From Acidimicrobiia bacterium (lineage in GTDB: Bacteria > Actinomycetota > Acidimicrobiia > IMCC26256 > JAENVU01): 64,000 nt of DNA. Of the stretch, positions 54,120 to 62,982 are shown piece after piece (position 1 is the stretch's first letter; each line of letters opens with the position of its first letter). A program made the translations under genes and the position numbers. The notes beneath the pieces are model-generated. The model was not told where the DNA came from. It saw only the letters and a list, made by a program, of their open reading frames with translations, and did not search any database. The stretch covers positions 1,668-65,667 of the forward strand of contig JBKJIQ010000025.1 of assembly GCA_046598395.1 (NCBI GenBank). The letters are read 5' to 3'.

Positions 54120-55055
54120 GTGAAGTACGAGAGCATCCTTGACCTCATTGGCAATACGCCGCTCGTCGGTATCCACGCGCTGAGTCCGAATCCCAATGTG
54201 CGGATCTACGCCAAGCTCGAGGGACAAAACCCGGGCGGGAGCGCCAAGGACCGCATCGCGCGCAAGATGGTTGAACTCGCGGAGCGAGATGGGGTCCTGA
54301 AACCGGGGGCCACGATCCTCGAACCGTCGTCAGGGAACACTGGGATCGGCCTCGCCCTCGTCGCCAAGTTACGGGGCTATGGCCTCCGAATCGTGATGCC
54401 CGACAACGTGAGCGTGGAACGGCGCCAACTCCTCGAGATCTTTGGTGCCGAGGTCACCTTGAGTCCGGGACCGGAAGGCAGCAACGGCGCGATTCGTCGG
54501 GCGCAGGAGATCGCGGCCGCAGAACCGGACTACGCGTTTCTCTATCAGTACGGCAATCCGGCGAACCCGCTCGCGCACTACGAGGCCACCGGCCCGGAGA
54601 TTTGGCGGGACTGCCCCGAGGTGGATGTGTTCGTGGCCGGTCTCGGCACGAGCGGCACACTCATGGGCGTTGGTCGATACCTCAAGGAACAGAATCCCAA
54701 GATCCAGATCGTTGCGGTCGAGCCGCCCGCGGGAGAGTTGGTGCAGGGACTGCGCAGCCTGGACGACGGTTTCGTTCCACCGATCTTCGATCCGGCGGTG
54801 CTTGATCGCAAGACGATCGTGCGCAACCGCGAGTCCATCGAATGGACTCGTCGGCTCTTGAACGAGTGCGGTGTGTTCGCAGGCATCTCGTCGGGGGCCG
54901 CGGTGGCCGGCGCGGCGAAGGTCGCGGCGCGGATGGAATCGGGCACCGTGGTGACCCTGTTGCCGGACGGTGGATGGAAGTACCTCTCGTCGGGGGCATG
55001 GACCGATGATCTCGAGGTCGTCGAGGAACGCGCCAGTCGCATCAACTACTGGTGA
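54120..55055 (+). CDS. cysM: PLP-dependent cysteine synthase (CysM-type)
   Basis: GNTPLV...EGQNPGGSAKDR (PLP lysine) and SSGNTGIGLA. GTG start. Follows cysO as in the M. tuberculosis mec-cysO-cysM operon. Confidence 0.88.
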   Translation: MKYESILDLIGNTPLVGIHALSPNPNVRIYAKLEGQNPGGSAKDRIARKMVELAERDGVLKPGATILEPSSGNTGIGLALVAKLRGYGLRIVMPDNVSVERRQLLEIFGAEVTLSPGPEGSNGAIRRAQEIAAAEPDYAFLYQYGNPANPLAHYEATGPEIWRDCPEVDVFVAGLGTSGTLMGVGRYLKEQNPKIQIVAVEPPAGELVQGLRSLDDGFVPPIFDPAVLDRKTIVRNRESIEWTRRLLNECGVFAGISSGAAVAGAAKVAARMESGTVVTLLPDGGWKYLSSGAWTDDLEVVEERASRINYW

Positions 55056-56032
55056 GCTCCCAGTCTGCGGTTGCGCGCGCCAAGGTTGCACGGGCGGTGG
55101 CGTTGTTGCGCGAGGGACGGCTCGTCGCGTTTCCCACCGAGACCGTGTATGGACTCGGCGCCGACGCAACGAACCCGGAAGCCTTGGCGCGGCTCTACGC
55201 GGTGAAGCGCCGTCCCAGCGACCATCCGGTGATTGTGCATCTCAGTGTGCAAGCGAGCCTCGACGATTGGGCGCAGCAGATATCGCAATCCGCCCGCGAC
55301 CTCGCGGCCGCGTTCTGGCCCGGGCCGCTCACCCTGGTGCTGCATGCAGATCCGCGGGTGTCGCGTCGCGCCACCGGAGGGCTCGACACGGTCGGACTCA
55401 GGGTTCCGTCGCATCCCATGGCGCGGGACCTCCTCGATGGGTTCGGTGGCGGAGTCGCGGCACCCTCAGCGAATCGCTTTGGCCGCGTGAGCCCGACGAC
55501 CGCGGCTGCTGTCCGCTCCGACCTGGGCAACGACGTCGATCTGGTGCTCGACGGGGGAGTGTGTGCGGTGGGGGTTGAATCCACCATCGTGGATTGCACC
55601 GGGTCCGCGGCCCGGGTACTCCGTCCCGGAGCGGTGACGCTCGAAGAAATCACCGAGGTCCTGGGTGAGCCGCCGTTGATCGGAGGGTCGACGCGCGCGC
55701 CGGGCACGTTGGCGTTCCACTACGCGCCGAGGGCCACGGTGGAGCTGGTGACCCGCTCCGAACTTGCAGCCCGGGCGCACGCATTGGTCGCCCAGGGCAT
55801 AGGAGTCGGTGTGATTGCCCGAGACATGGACATCGACACCGCCGAGATGCCATCGGAGGCTGTGACCTTGGCCACGATCGTCAGCGTGGATGAGTTCGCT
55901 CATGGCCTCTACGCCGCGCTGCGAAACGCTGATCGCGTGGGTGTGGATGTGGTGCTCACGGTGGCGCCACCTGCCAAGGGAATTGGTGCGGCCGTCGCGG
56001 ATCGGCTCGGACGGGCATCAGGTGGCCGGTAG
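55052..56032 (+). CDS. L-threonylcarbamoyladenylate synthase (Sua5/YwlC/TsaC with Sua5 C-domain)
   Basis: VAFPTETVYGLGADA, KRRPSDHPVIVH, SANRFG and LRPG motifs. 4-nt overlap with the cysM stop. Confidence 0.9.
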   Translation: MSSQSAVARAKVARAVALLREGRLVAFPTETVYGLGADATNPEALARLYAVKRRPSDHPVIVHLSVQASLDDWAQQISQSARDLAAAFWPGPLTLVLHADPRVSRRATGGLDTVGLRVPSHPMARDLLDGFGGGVAAPSANRFGRVSPTTAAAVRSDLGNDVDLVLDGGVCAVGVESTIVDCTGSAARVLRPGAVTLEEITEVLGEPPLIGGSTRAPGTLAFHYAPRATVELVTRSELAARAHALVAQGIGVGVIARDMDIDTAEMPSEAVTLATIVSVDEFAHGLYAALRNADRVGVDVVLTVAPPAKGIGAAVADRLGRASGGR

Positions 56033-56042
56033 CGTGGCGTCG

Positions 56043-56840
56043 ATGCAGCATCGGCCGGAGGAACCACGACCGATTGGCGTGTTCGACTCGGGTCTCGGAG
56101 GCCTCACGGTGCTGCGGGCGCTCATCGATCTTCTCCCTGGTGAATCGACGTTGTATTTCGGCGATACCGGACGGTTCCCGTACGGCCCCAAGCCCGCCGA
56201 TGAAGTGATGAAGTACTCGCTCGAGATCGCGGATCTCCTCGTGGACCGTGGCGTGAAGATGCTGGTGGTGGCCTGTAACAGCGCGACCTCGGTGGCGCTG
56301 GAGGCCTTGACCGATCGATATGAAATCCCGGTGATCGGTGTGGTTGAGCCCGGCGTATGCGCCGCGGCCGCGGTGACATCCACGGGCAGGGTCGGTGTCA
56401 TCGGGACGGTCGGAACCATCGGAAGCGGCGCGTATCAACATGCAGCAGCCCAACTCGGGGTGCATCTTTCTTGTGCCGCGTGTCCAGGGTTTGTCGAGTT
56501 CGTGGAATCCGGTGATGTTGATTCCGACCAAGTGCATGTGCTTGCCGAGCGCTTGCTCGAGCCGGTGGTACGCGCCGATATCGACACCTTGATTCTGGGC
56601 TGCACGCATTACCCGCTCTTGGCTCGAACGATCGCCGATGTGATGGGCCCCGAGGTGGTGTTGGTGTCGAGCGCCGATGAAACTGCGTTTGCGGCGCGGG
56701 ATCTCTTGCCTGTCGGCGGAACCGATCATGAGGGGTCGCATCGCTTTGTGACGTCGGGCCCCGTCGAAGTCTTCGAGCGTTTGGGTTCGCGCTTTCTTGG
56801 TCCAGAAGTGGCTGATGTGGAGGCGTGGCAGTGGAGCTGA
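56043..56840 (+). CDS. murI: glutamate racemase
   Basis: IGVFDSGLGGLTV, VVACNSAT and LGCTHYPLL with the catalytic cysteines. ATG at 56043, or GTG at 56034. Confidence 0.93.
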   Translation: MQHRPEEPRPIGVFDSGLGGLTVLRALIDLLPGESTLYFGDTGRFPYGPKPADEVMKYSLEIADLLVDRGVKMLVVACNSATSVALEALTDRYEIPVIGVVEPGVCAAAAVTSTGRVGVIGTVGTIGSGAYQHAAAQLGVHLSCAACPGFVEFVESGDVDSDQVHVLAERLLEPVVRADIDTLILGCTHYPLLARTIADVMGPEVVLVSSADETAFAARDLLPVGGTDHEGSHRFVTSGPVEVFERLGSRFLGPEVADVEAWQWS

Positions 56841-57556
56841 CAGTGCTGGGCTGTTCCGGGTCATACGGCGCGCCCGCCGGCGGCGCGTGCAGCGGCTACC
56901 TCGTACGTGACGGCGCCACCACGATCTGGATGGATTGCGGCAATGGGAGTTTCGTGAACCTGCAACGTCACGTTGAACCCGCAGATCTCACCGCGGTGAT
57001 CGTGACCCATGAACACCCGGACCATTGCGTGGATCTCTACGGACTGCACGTGATGCTTCGTTATGGGATCGAGCGCGCGGAGGTTCCCGTCTTCGCCCCG
57101 GCGGGAGCCAAGAATCGGCTCGGCGCGCTCGTGGAATGGGGCGACACGTTCGATTGGCACGATCTCGATGACGGCGGCTCGGCCAAAATCGATGACCTCG
57201 ACCTCCGGTTCTCTCGCACCGATCATCCGCCGCCCACCTACGCCGTTGAAGTCACTGCGGCCGATCGGCGGCTCGTGTATACGTCGGACACCGGGCCGGA
57301 GTGGTCGATCGATGCGTTTGCACCGGGCGCCAACCTGGCGCTCTCCGAGGCCTCATACCTTCACTCGGAGCGCAAGTCACCGATCCATTTGTCGGCCCAT
57401 CAGGCCGGGATCGCCGCGCGCGCGGCGGGCGCGCAGCGGCTGGTCCTCACCCACTTGTGGCCCCAGGTCGACCGGGCGGCTGCCCACGCGGAAGGATCCG
57501 AGGCGTTCGGCGCCGCCACGCTCTTGGCGGCGACCGACCTCACGATCACCATCTGA
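56825..57556 (+). CDS. MBL fold metallo-hydrolase (position of mycobacterial Rv1339)
   Basis: THEHPDHC metal motif. Conserved murI-MBL-rph-rdgB order. Confidence 0.8.
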   Translation: MAVELTVLGCSGSYGAPAGGACSGYLVRDGATTIWMDCGNGSFVNLQRHVEPADLTAVIVTHEHPDHCVDLYGLHVMLRYGIERAEVPVFAPAGAKNRLGALVEWGDTFDWHDLDDGGSAKIDDLDLRFSRTDHPPPTYAVEVTAADRRLVYTSDTGPEWSIDAFAPGANLALSEASYLHSERKSPIHLSAHQAGIAARAAGAQRLVLTHLWPQVDRAAAHAEGSEAFGAATLLAATDLTITI

Positions 57557-57612
57557 CGCATCCGTTCTGATGGCGCCCTTTCCGGTGCCGTCCCTGCTGT
57601 GAGAGGTCCCCA

Positions 57613-58350
57613 ATGGGCATCCGAAATGACGGGCGCGAGCCCGACGAACTCCGACCGCTCACGTTCACGCGTGACTACACCGAGCTTGCGATGGGATCGG
57701 TCCTCGTCGAGTTCGGCCGCACCCGGGTGCTGTGTACCGCGTCGGTGGAGACCCGGGTGCCGCCATGGTTACGCGGGAGCGGCAAGGGCTGGGTGACGGC
57801 GGAGTACTCGATGCTGCCGGGGTCCACCCCCGAGCGCGTGAACCGCGAGGCGGCGAAGGGTAAGCAGAGCGGACGCACCCAGGAGATCCAACGCCTCATT
57901 GGTCGTTCACTGCGCGCGGTCACGGATCTGTCGATGTTGGCCGACGTACAGATCACGGTCGACTGCGATGCGCTCCAGGCCGATGGTGGGACGCGCACCG
58001 CATCGATCTGTGGTGGTTACCTCGCGCTGCACGACGCATGTGAGCGCCTCGTCGGGACGGGCGCGTTGAAAGCGAACCCGGTGCAAGACCAGTGCGGTGC
58101 TATTTCCGTGGGGATCGTCGGGGCATTGCCGAGTCTTGATCTCGACTATTCCGAGGACTCGACCGCGGACGTCGATATGAACGTGGTGATGACCGGCGCG
58201 GGTCGGTTCATCGAGGTGCAGGGCACGGCCGAGGGCGCAGCATTTAGCCGAGGTGAGCTCGACTCGATGCTCGGATTGGCCGAATCCGGCATTGCCCAGA
58301 TCTTCGAACTCCAACGCGAACTCCTCGCGGTCCCACCTGCTCCCCGATGA
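57613..58350 (+). CDS. rph: ribonuclease PH
   Basis: [17 protein letters not shown]...[14 protein letters not shown]...[15 protein letters not shown] is the canonical RNase PH pattern. Confidence 0.96.
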   Translation: MGIRNDGREPDELRPLTFTRDYTELAMGSVLVEFGRTRVLCTASVETRVPPWLRGSGKGWVTAEYSMLPGSTPERVNREAAKGKQSGRTQEIQRLIGRSLRAVTDLSMLADVQITVDCDALQADGGTRTASICGGYLALHDACERLVGTGALKANPVQDQCGAISVGIVGALPSLDLDYSEDSTADVDMNVVMTGAGRFIEVQGTAEGAAFSRGELDSMLGLAESGIAQIFELQRELLAVPPAPR

Positions 58351-58430
58351 ACGTCGGGCCGGTGAACGTCGGGCCGGTGAACGTCGGGCCGGTGTGCGGC
58401 GGGTGGGCGTCCGGCGGATGGTCCCGATGA
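58347..58430 (+). other. 27-codon mini-ORF bridging rph and rdgB (function unknown, may be fortuitous)
   Basis: The ATG at 58347 overlaps the rph TGA (ATGA). It encodes [27 protein letters not shown]. Its TGA at 58428-58430 overlaps the ATG at 58427 (ATGA), which opens MIGAPRVVIATANPDKAREI. Confidence 0.3.
58348..58392. repeat. perfect 15-bp x 3 tandem repeat starting at the rph stop codon
   Basis: tgaacgtcgggccgg occurs three times (58348-62, 58363-77, 58378-92), followed by a degenerate fourth unit tgtgcggcgggtggg. Confidence 0.97.
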
Positions 58431-59044
58431 TCGGCGCACCGCGCGTCGTGATCGCAACCGCGAATCCCGACAAAGCGCGCGAGATCGGTGCCGCATTGGC
58501 CGAAAGTGGGCTCGAGCTCGTCGATCGCCCCACCGACGTGCCCGAGGTGCAAGAGACCGGCGCCACTTTGGTGGCGAACGCGCGGCTCAAGGCCCAGGCC
58601 TTGGGTCAAGCGACCGGGATGGCGGCGCTCGCCGATGACACGGGGCTGGAGGTCGACTCTCTCGGTGGCGCGCCCGGCGTGTGGAGCGCTCGGTATGCCG
58701 GTCCGGACGCGACCTACGTGCAGAACGTCGAGAAGTTGCTCGCAGCGATGAGCCTCGCGATGCGCAACGCTCGCACTGCGCGGTTCCGAACGGCAATCGT
58801 GCTCACTCGTCCTGACGGGTCGGAGTTGGTGGCGACCGGAGTGGTGGAAGGCACCATCGCGGAGGCTCCGCGCGGTGAGGGCGGCTTTGGATATGACTCC
58901 GTGTTCGTGCCGGCGGCGGGCGGTGGTCGCACTTTCGCAGAGATGACGGGCGCGGAGAAGCAGCGAATTTCGCATCGGGGCCGGGCGTTACGAGACTTGG
59001 TCACACAGTTGCGCGAGGCTGCACCGACCGATCCCGAGGAGTAA
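58418..59044 (+). CDS. rdgB: RdgB/HAM1 family non-canonical purine NTP pyrophosphatase
   Basis: VVIATANPDKAREI, DDTGLEVD, RYAG, FGYDSVF and ISHRGRA motifs. The start is ATG 58418 or 58427. The track start at 58253 overlaps rph. Confidence 0.92.
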   Translation: MVPMIGAPRVVIATANPDKAREIGAALAESGLELVDRPTDVPEVQETGATLVANARLKAQALGQATGMAALADDTGLEVDSLGGAPGVWSARYAGPDATYVQNVEKLLAAMSLAMRNARTARFRTAIVLTRPDGSELVATGVVEGTIAEAPRGEGGFGYDSVFVPAAGGGRTFAEMTGAEKQRISHRGRALRDLVTQLREAAPTDPEE

Positions 59045-59047
59045 CGC

Positions 59048-59167
59048 GTGCCGCTCGATCCCCAAGCCAAAGTGATGATCGATCTGATCGAGTCCTTCGG
59101 GTTCGTTTCGTTCACCGCGGACACGGACCCATCGGCAGAGCTCACGACCTACGCCGGTCTGGCCTAG
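59048..59167 (+). pseudogene. 39-codon fragment resembling the N-terminus of an alpha/beta-hydrolase-fold-3 esterase
   Basis: VPLDPQAKVMIDLIESFGFVSFTADTDPSAE... resembles the MPLDPQ...L.....P.....TP.EAR openings of HSL-family esterases, then stops. The catalytic core is absent. Confidence 0.25.
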
Positions 59168-59174
59168 GACAGCA

Positions 59175-59732
59175 ATGGCCGTCATCGATCTTCCGGGGTT
59201 CGTTGCCGATCTCAAAGACCATGCGGTCGAGCATGGCTTTCATGTCCACGATGAGCGGCACTTCGTCGAGAGTTACTCACTGCGCCAGAACTGGGAAGTC
59301 GATCTGCACCCCGAAGAGGGTTGCGATGGTCCCGTCGACTTGTACTTATCGTTGGAAATCGACCCGCGAGTACTGCTGGGCTTCGAGGATGCGGTGATTG
59401 TGCGTGACGGCATGGAGGATCCGCCCGACGATTTCCATCTGCCGCTGTCCTTCACGTGGGCGCTCCCGCCGCTGCCCCATGCCCCCGACCTTCTCGTACT
59501 GGCCACAGATCTCGCCGCAGTGGGCGGACCCGATCTACCGCTCGAGGTGTCCGCGATCGACTCGTATCCCTCGGTTACCGACGCGCCCGAGACCAGCCTG
59601 CGCGTGGTCGGCCATCAGCGCGTGTCGCTGTTGCGGATTCGGGACGGCGAAGAAGTGCCGTGCGAAACACTCGATCGGTGCCTCACCGTGAGTCGATACC
59701 TGTTGGAGCGGGCGCCGGACTGGCTCGGCTAG
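59175..59732 (+). CDS. hypothetical acidic protein
   Basis: 185 aa, Asp/Glu/Pro/Leu-rich, with protein-like periodicity. No motif recognised. Confidence 0.5.
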   Translation: MAVIDLPGFVADLKDHAVEHGFHVHDERHFVESYSLRQNWEVDLHPEEGCDGPVDLYLSLEIDPRVLLGFEDAVIVRDGMEDPPDDFHLPLSFTWALPPLPHAPDLLVLATDLAAVGGPDLPLEVSAIDSYPSVTDAPETSLRVVGHQRVSLLRIRDGEEVPCETLDRCLTVSRYLLERAPDWLG

Positions 59733-59806
59733 CCCTTGCTGGCCGTGTTCACCTGATCAGGGCGCAGTGATCGCGACTCCCCGTTCACATCTGCCAGGAT
59801 GCTGCG

Positions 59807-60199
59807 GTGCCTATGCGTATGGATTGTCGTCATTACGAATCACGGACCTACCCAACCGGCGAGACCGTACGGAAGTGCCAACTCGATCTTGCGCCCGAGG
59901 CGCCTTGGCGTTGTCCTGACGCGTGTCCGAGTTTCGCGAAGCGCGTCTTCGACGTGGGGTGGCAATACGGGAGCTTTGGCGCCACGGCCGGCCAGGCCGC
60001 GCCACCAGAGCCCGAGGGTGAAGATGTTGCGGCGCTGCTCGACGCGGCCGAAGACATCGTCAATGCCGCGGCGCCGGACATCCTGGCTGAGTTCGAACAG
60101 CAGAAGTCCCGTCGGCCGTTCCGGCGCAAGGCCAAAGGCGCGGGCGGCGGAACCGGTAAGGCGAACGGCAAGAAGGGGAAGAAGCGCAAGAAGAAGTGA
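59807..60199 (+). CDS. hypothetical protein with an N-terminal four-Cys cluster and a poly-Lys/Gly tail
   Basis: MPMRMDCRHYESRTYPTGETVRKCQLDLAPEAPWRCPDACPSF (C7, C24, C36, C40), an acidic middle, and C-terminal RRKAKGAGGGTGKANGKKGKKRKKK. The stop lies 1 nt before the tRNA gene. Confidence 0.55.
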   Translation: MPMRMDCRHYESRTYPTGETVRKCQLDLAPEAPWRCPDACPSFAKRVFDVGWQYGSFGATAGQAAPPEPEGEDVAALLDAAEDIVNAAAPDILAEFEQQKSRRPFRRKAKGAGGGTGKANGKKGKKRKKK

Positions 60200-60200
60200 G

Positions 60201-60281
60201 TGCGAGCGGAGGGAGTCGAACCCTCATCCCCGAAGAGACCGGGTCCTAAACCCGGCGCGTATGCCGTTCCGCCACGCTCGC
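60201..60281 (-). tRNA. tRNA-Leu (anticodon UAG)
   Basis: Manual cloverleaf: acceptor GCGAGCG/CGCUCGC, 3-bp D stem, anticodon stem CCGGG/CCCGG with loop UUUAGGA. Long variable arm UCUC-UUCG-GGGA, T arm GAGGG-UUCGACU-CCCUC, discriminator A. CCA is not encoded. Confidence 0.93.
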
Positions 60282-60288
60282 ATGATGG

Positions 60289-62982
60289 TCAGTGTCGCGC
60301 ATCGAGATCACCGAACGTGCGTTGATTGGACAGGCCCAAGAGATCATCGAGCGCGATGGGTGGTGAGAACAGGTATCCCTGCCCAAAGGTGCAGCCGAGT
60401 TCTCGCAGGGTGTCCCGCTGGCGCACCGTCTCGACTCCCTCCGCAACGACGTCGAGGCCGAGGCCACGAGCAAGCCCGATAATCCCCGCGATAATCGTGA
60501 GATTGGATGCGTCGTCGCCGATCTCACTCGTGAAGCTGCGGTCGATCTTTACGACGTCGACCGGCAGTCGTCGCAGGTAGCTCAGCGAGGAATAGCCCGT
60601 TCCGAAGTCGTCGATTGCGAGTTTGACCCCGAGCGATCGAAGGGCAACGAGGGTCGCGATCGCAGTCTCCACCTCGTCGAGCACCGCGCTTTCCGTGATT
60701 TCGATGCAGAGTCGATGTGCAGCCACGTCGTGCTCGTTGAGCGTGCGGCGGACCCGTTCGACGAGATCAGGTTGCGCGAGTTCGCGCGGTGCGAGGTTGA
60801 TCGCGACCATGGGCAACGCCAACTCGGTGATGCTGCCCATTGCGCCGACCGCGAGGGCGAGGACCTCGCGGCCGATGGCAACGATGAGGCCGGATGCCTC
60901 TGCCGCAGGCAGAAACTGGTCGGGCGGGAGCAGCCCACGCTCGGGGTGTTGCCATCGCACGAGCCCTTCGGCCCCGGTGATCTCACCGGTCTGCAGCGCC
61001 ACGACGGGTTGATATCGCAAGAAGAGCTGATGGTCGGAGAGGGCATGGTGCAGGTCGGTCTCGGTCTCGAGTGCCGCTGCCGTTGCCGCTCGGAGTGCCT
61101 CATCGAACACCTCGTAGCGGTTGCGGCCCCGGTCTTTGGCGCGGTACGCGGCCGCGTCGGCGCTGCGAAGGACGTCCCCCGCGCTGGTACCCGGTTCCAC
61201 GAACGCGATGCCGATACTCGCGGTGACGAAGACAGTGCGGCCGTGCACGGTGAATGGATCGCGCAACACGCTCGCGATGCGGCCCGCAATAATCTCGGCC
61301 TCATTGGGATCATCCAAATCGGAACACACGATCACGAACTCGTCGCCACCGGTGCGCGTCGCGAGGTCCGAACTGCGCATCACGCTGCACAACCTGCGGC
61401 TGAGTTGAATGAGGAGCTCGTCACCTGCGGTGTGGCCGAGCGCGTCGTTGACCAACTTGAATCGATCGAGGTCAACGAAGAGCACGGCCGTGGTGGTTTG
61501 TCGGCGATGGGCGCGCGCCACCGCGCGGTCGAGGTGCTCGAGGAGCAACGTGCGATTGGGAAGGCCAGTCAGTGGATCGTGAGACGCCTCGTGTGCGAGC
61601 CGGTGCTCCAGTGCCTTGCGATCGCCGAGGTCGAGCATCGCACCATCGATCCACACCGCGGCGCCGGATGGATCGAAGATCATTTGGCCACGTTCCTCTA
61701 CCCATCGGAGCGTGCCGTCACGGTGTTGGAACTGATATTCAACGCTGTAGGAACCGCCGCAGATGAGGCTGTCCTGAATCATTTGATCCAAGCGAATCTG
61801 GTGTTCCGCAACGACCAGGTCGTAGAGCTCGAGTTCATGGCGCAGGAACACATCGGGTGGGTAGCCAGTGAGATCTTCGATGGCATCGCTGATGAAGATG
61901 TCTCGGTAGGGCGGTATGGGCTCGCAGCGGAAGACCGCCCCCGGTACGTTCGCGATCAGGGCGTCGAGCCGCTTCTCGCTCGCGCTGAGTTCGGCCTCGG
62001 TTCGCTTCCGATCGGATACATCGCGAACGTTCATGATGATGCCCTGAATCGCCGGGTCGTCGAAGCGGCTGAACGCCTTGAGCTCAATCGGGATCCAACG
62101 GCCGTCGGCATGACGGATGCGCATCGGATTCGTGGCGTGGTAGCCGGGGTCGAGCGCGGCCTTCATCAGCTCATCGCCGGCGAATGCAATGTCCTCGGGG
62201 TGAACCAGGTCGAGGGCGTTCGTGGCGAAGAGGTCCTCCGGGGTGTATCCGAAGAGCTCCTCGCCCATCGGTTGATGGGAGACCACTCCGGTCGCGTCGA
62301 TGATGATGATTGCATCGCTCGAACTCATAGCGACCGACCGCAGTCGGCTGTCCGATACGGCGGCCTCGAGTTCAGCATCGCGGCGAGCGAGGGTGGAAGC
62401 GATCAAGTTCGCGACGACATCGAGCAACGCGATGTCGTCGGCGGACCACGACCGTGGCACCTGTACCGTTTGGATGCCGAGCGTGCCGACGGCATGACCG
62501 TTGCGGACCAAGGGCACCGCGAGGAGCGACTGGACTCCAAACGCGGCGAGTACGGCCCACGCGGACGTGGGCGAGTCGGCCTCCGGATCGTCGGGCGTTG
62601 GCGCACCGATCGAGAGCGGACTGAGGTTGCGGAGAAGATCGCGCCATACGGGGAATGGCTCGGTTGATTGCCAGTCGGCGACGTCTCGGGTGAACGAGGT
62701 GTCGTGGTTGGACCACGCATGGGTTCGGCACATGAGTGCCATGTCCGCGGAGGCGCGGAAGACGAAGACGTCGTCGGCTCCGGTGTAATCGGCAACACGA
62801 GCCAACACTTGGTCGACCGAGTCGTCGATATCGGCGGGCTGGGTTTCGACCATCGCGGCGGCGATGTCGGCGATCAGATCGCTACGGATATGGCTGTGCG
62901 CCAATGCCGCGTGCGCGGCGTGGAGCTCCGCGTCAGAGCCAATCCCCGCAGACTCACGACTCCGGCGCCAGTGGTTCCTCAT
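60289..62982 (-). CDS. GAF-PAS-PAS-GGDEF-EAL signalling protein
   Basis: GGDEF (TGGDEFVIV) with I-site RSSD. EAL-domain motifs EGLVRW, EITES, DDFGTGYSS, KIDRSF, EGVET and QGYLFS. The ATG at 62982 overlaps the stop of the upstream paralogue (ATGA). The track start at 63090 is less likely. Confidence 0.9.
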   Translation of the reverse strand: MRNHWRRSRESAGIGSDAELHAAHAALAHSHIRSDLIADIAAAMVETQPADIDDSVDQVLARVADYTGADDVFVFRASADMALMCRTHAWSNHDTSFTRDVADWQSTEPFPVWRDLLRNLSPLSIGAPTPDDPEADSPTSAWAVLAAFGVQSLLAVPLVRNGHAVGTLGIQTVQVPRSWSADDIALLDVVANLIASTLARRDAELEAAVSDSRLRSVAMSSSDAIIIIDATGVVSHQPMGEELFGYTPEDLFATNALDLVHPEDIAFAGDELMKAALDPGYHATNPMRIRHADGRWIPIELKAFSRFDDPAIQGIIMNVRDVSDRKRTEAELSASEKRLDALIANVPGAVFRCEPIPPYRDIFISDAIEDLTGYPPDVFLRHELELYDLVVAEHQIRLDQMIQDSLICGGSYSVEYQFQHRDGTLRWVEERGQMIFDPSGAAVWIDGAMLDLGDRKALEHRLAHEASHDPLTGLPNRTLLLEHLDRAVARAHRRQTTTAVLFVDLDRFKLVNDALGHTAGDELLIQLSRRLCSVMRSSDLATRTGGDEFVIVCSDLDDPNEAEIIAGRIASVLRDPFTVHGRTVFVTASIGIAFVEPGTSAGDVLRSADAAAYRAKDRGRNRYEVFDEALRAATAAALETETDLHHALSDHQLFLRYQPVVALQTGEITGAEGLVRWQHPERGLLPPDQFLPAAEASGLIVAIGREVLALAVGAMGSITELALPMVAINLAPRELAQPDLVERVRRTLNEHDVAAHRLCIEITESAVLDEVETAIATLVALRSLGVKLAIDDFGTGYSSLSYLRRLPVDVVKIDRSFTSEIGDDASNLTIIAGIIGLARGLGLDVVAEGVETVRQRDTLRELGCTFGQGYLFSPPIALDDLLGLSNQRTFGDLDARH

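Noticed and set aside
58348-58392. Possible CRISPR or minisatellite array.
   Set aside because: There are only three contiguous 15-bp units with no spacers and no cas genes. This is a simple tandem repeat. The same conclusion applies to the 23-bp duplication at 30579.
59799-60482. 227-aa plus-strand ORF running across the tRNA-Leu gene and into the GGDEF-EAL gene.
   Set aside because: It is off-frame to the better-supported 59807..60199 ORF, reads through a tRNA gene, and has an Arg/Ser/Pro-rich composition.
60715-62667. 650-aa plus-strand ORF. The same applies to similar long ORFs such as 46978..48810 (+), 8715..10214 (-), 3741..4937 (-), 34376..35452 (-) and 35543..36565 (-).
   Set aside because: All lie antisense or off-frame to genes with clear family motifs. 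They have Arg/Gly/Pro/His-rich compositions with no recognisable domains. These are the expected shadow ORFs of a high-GC genome.
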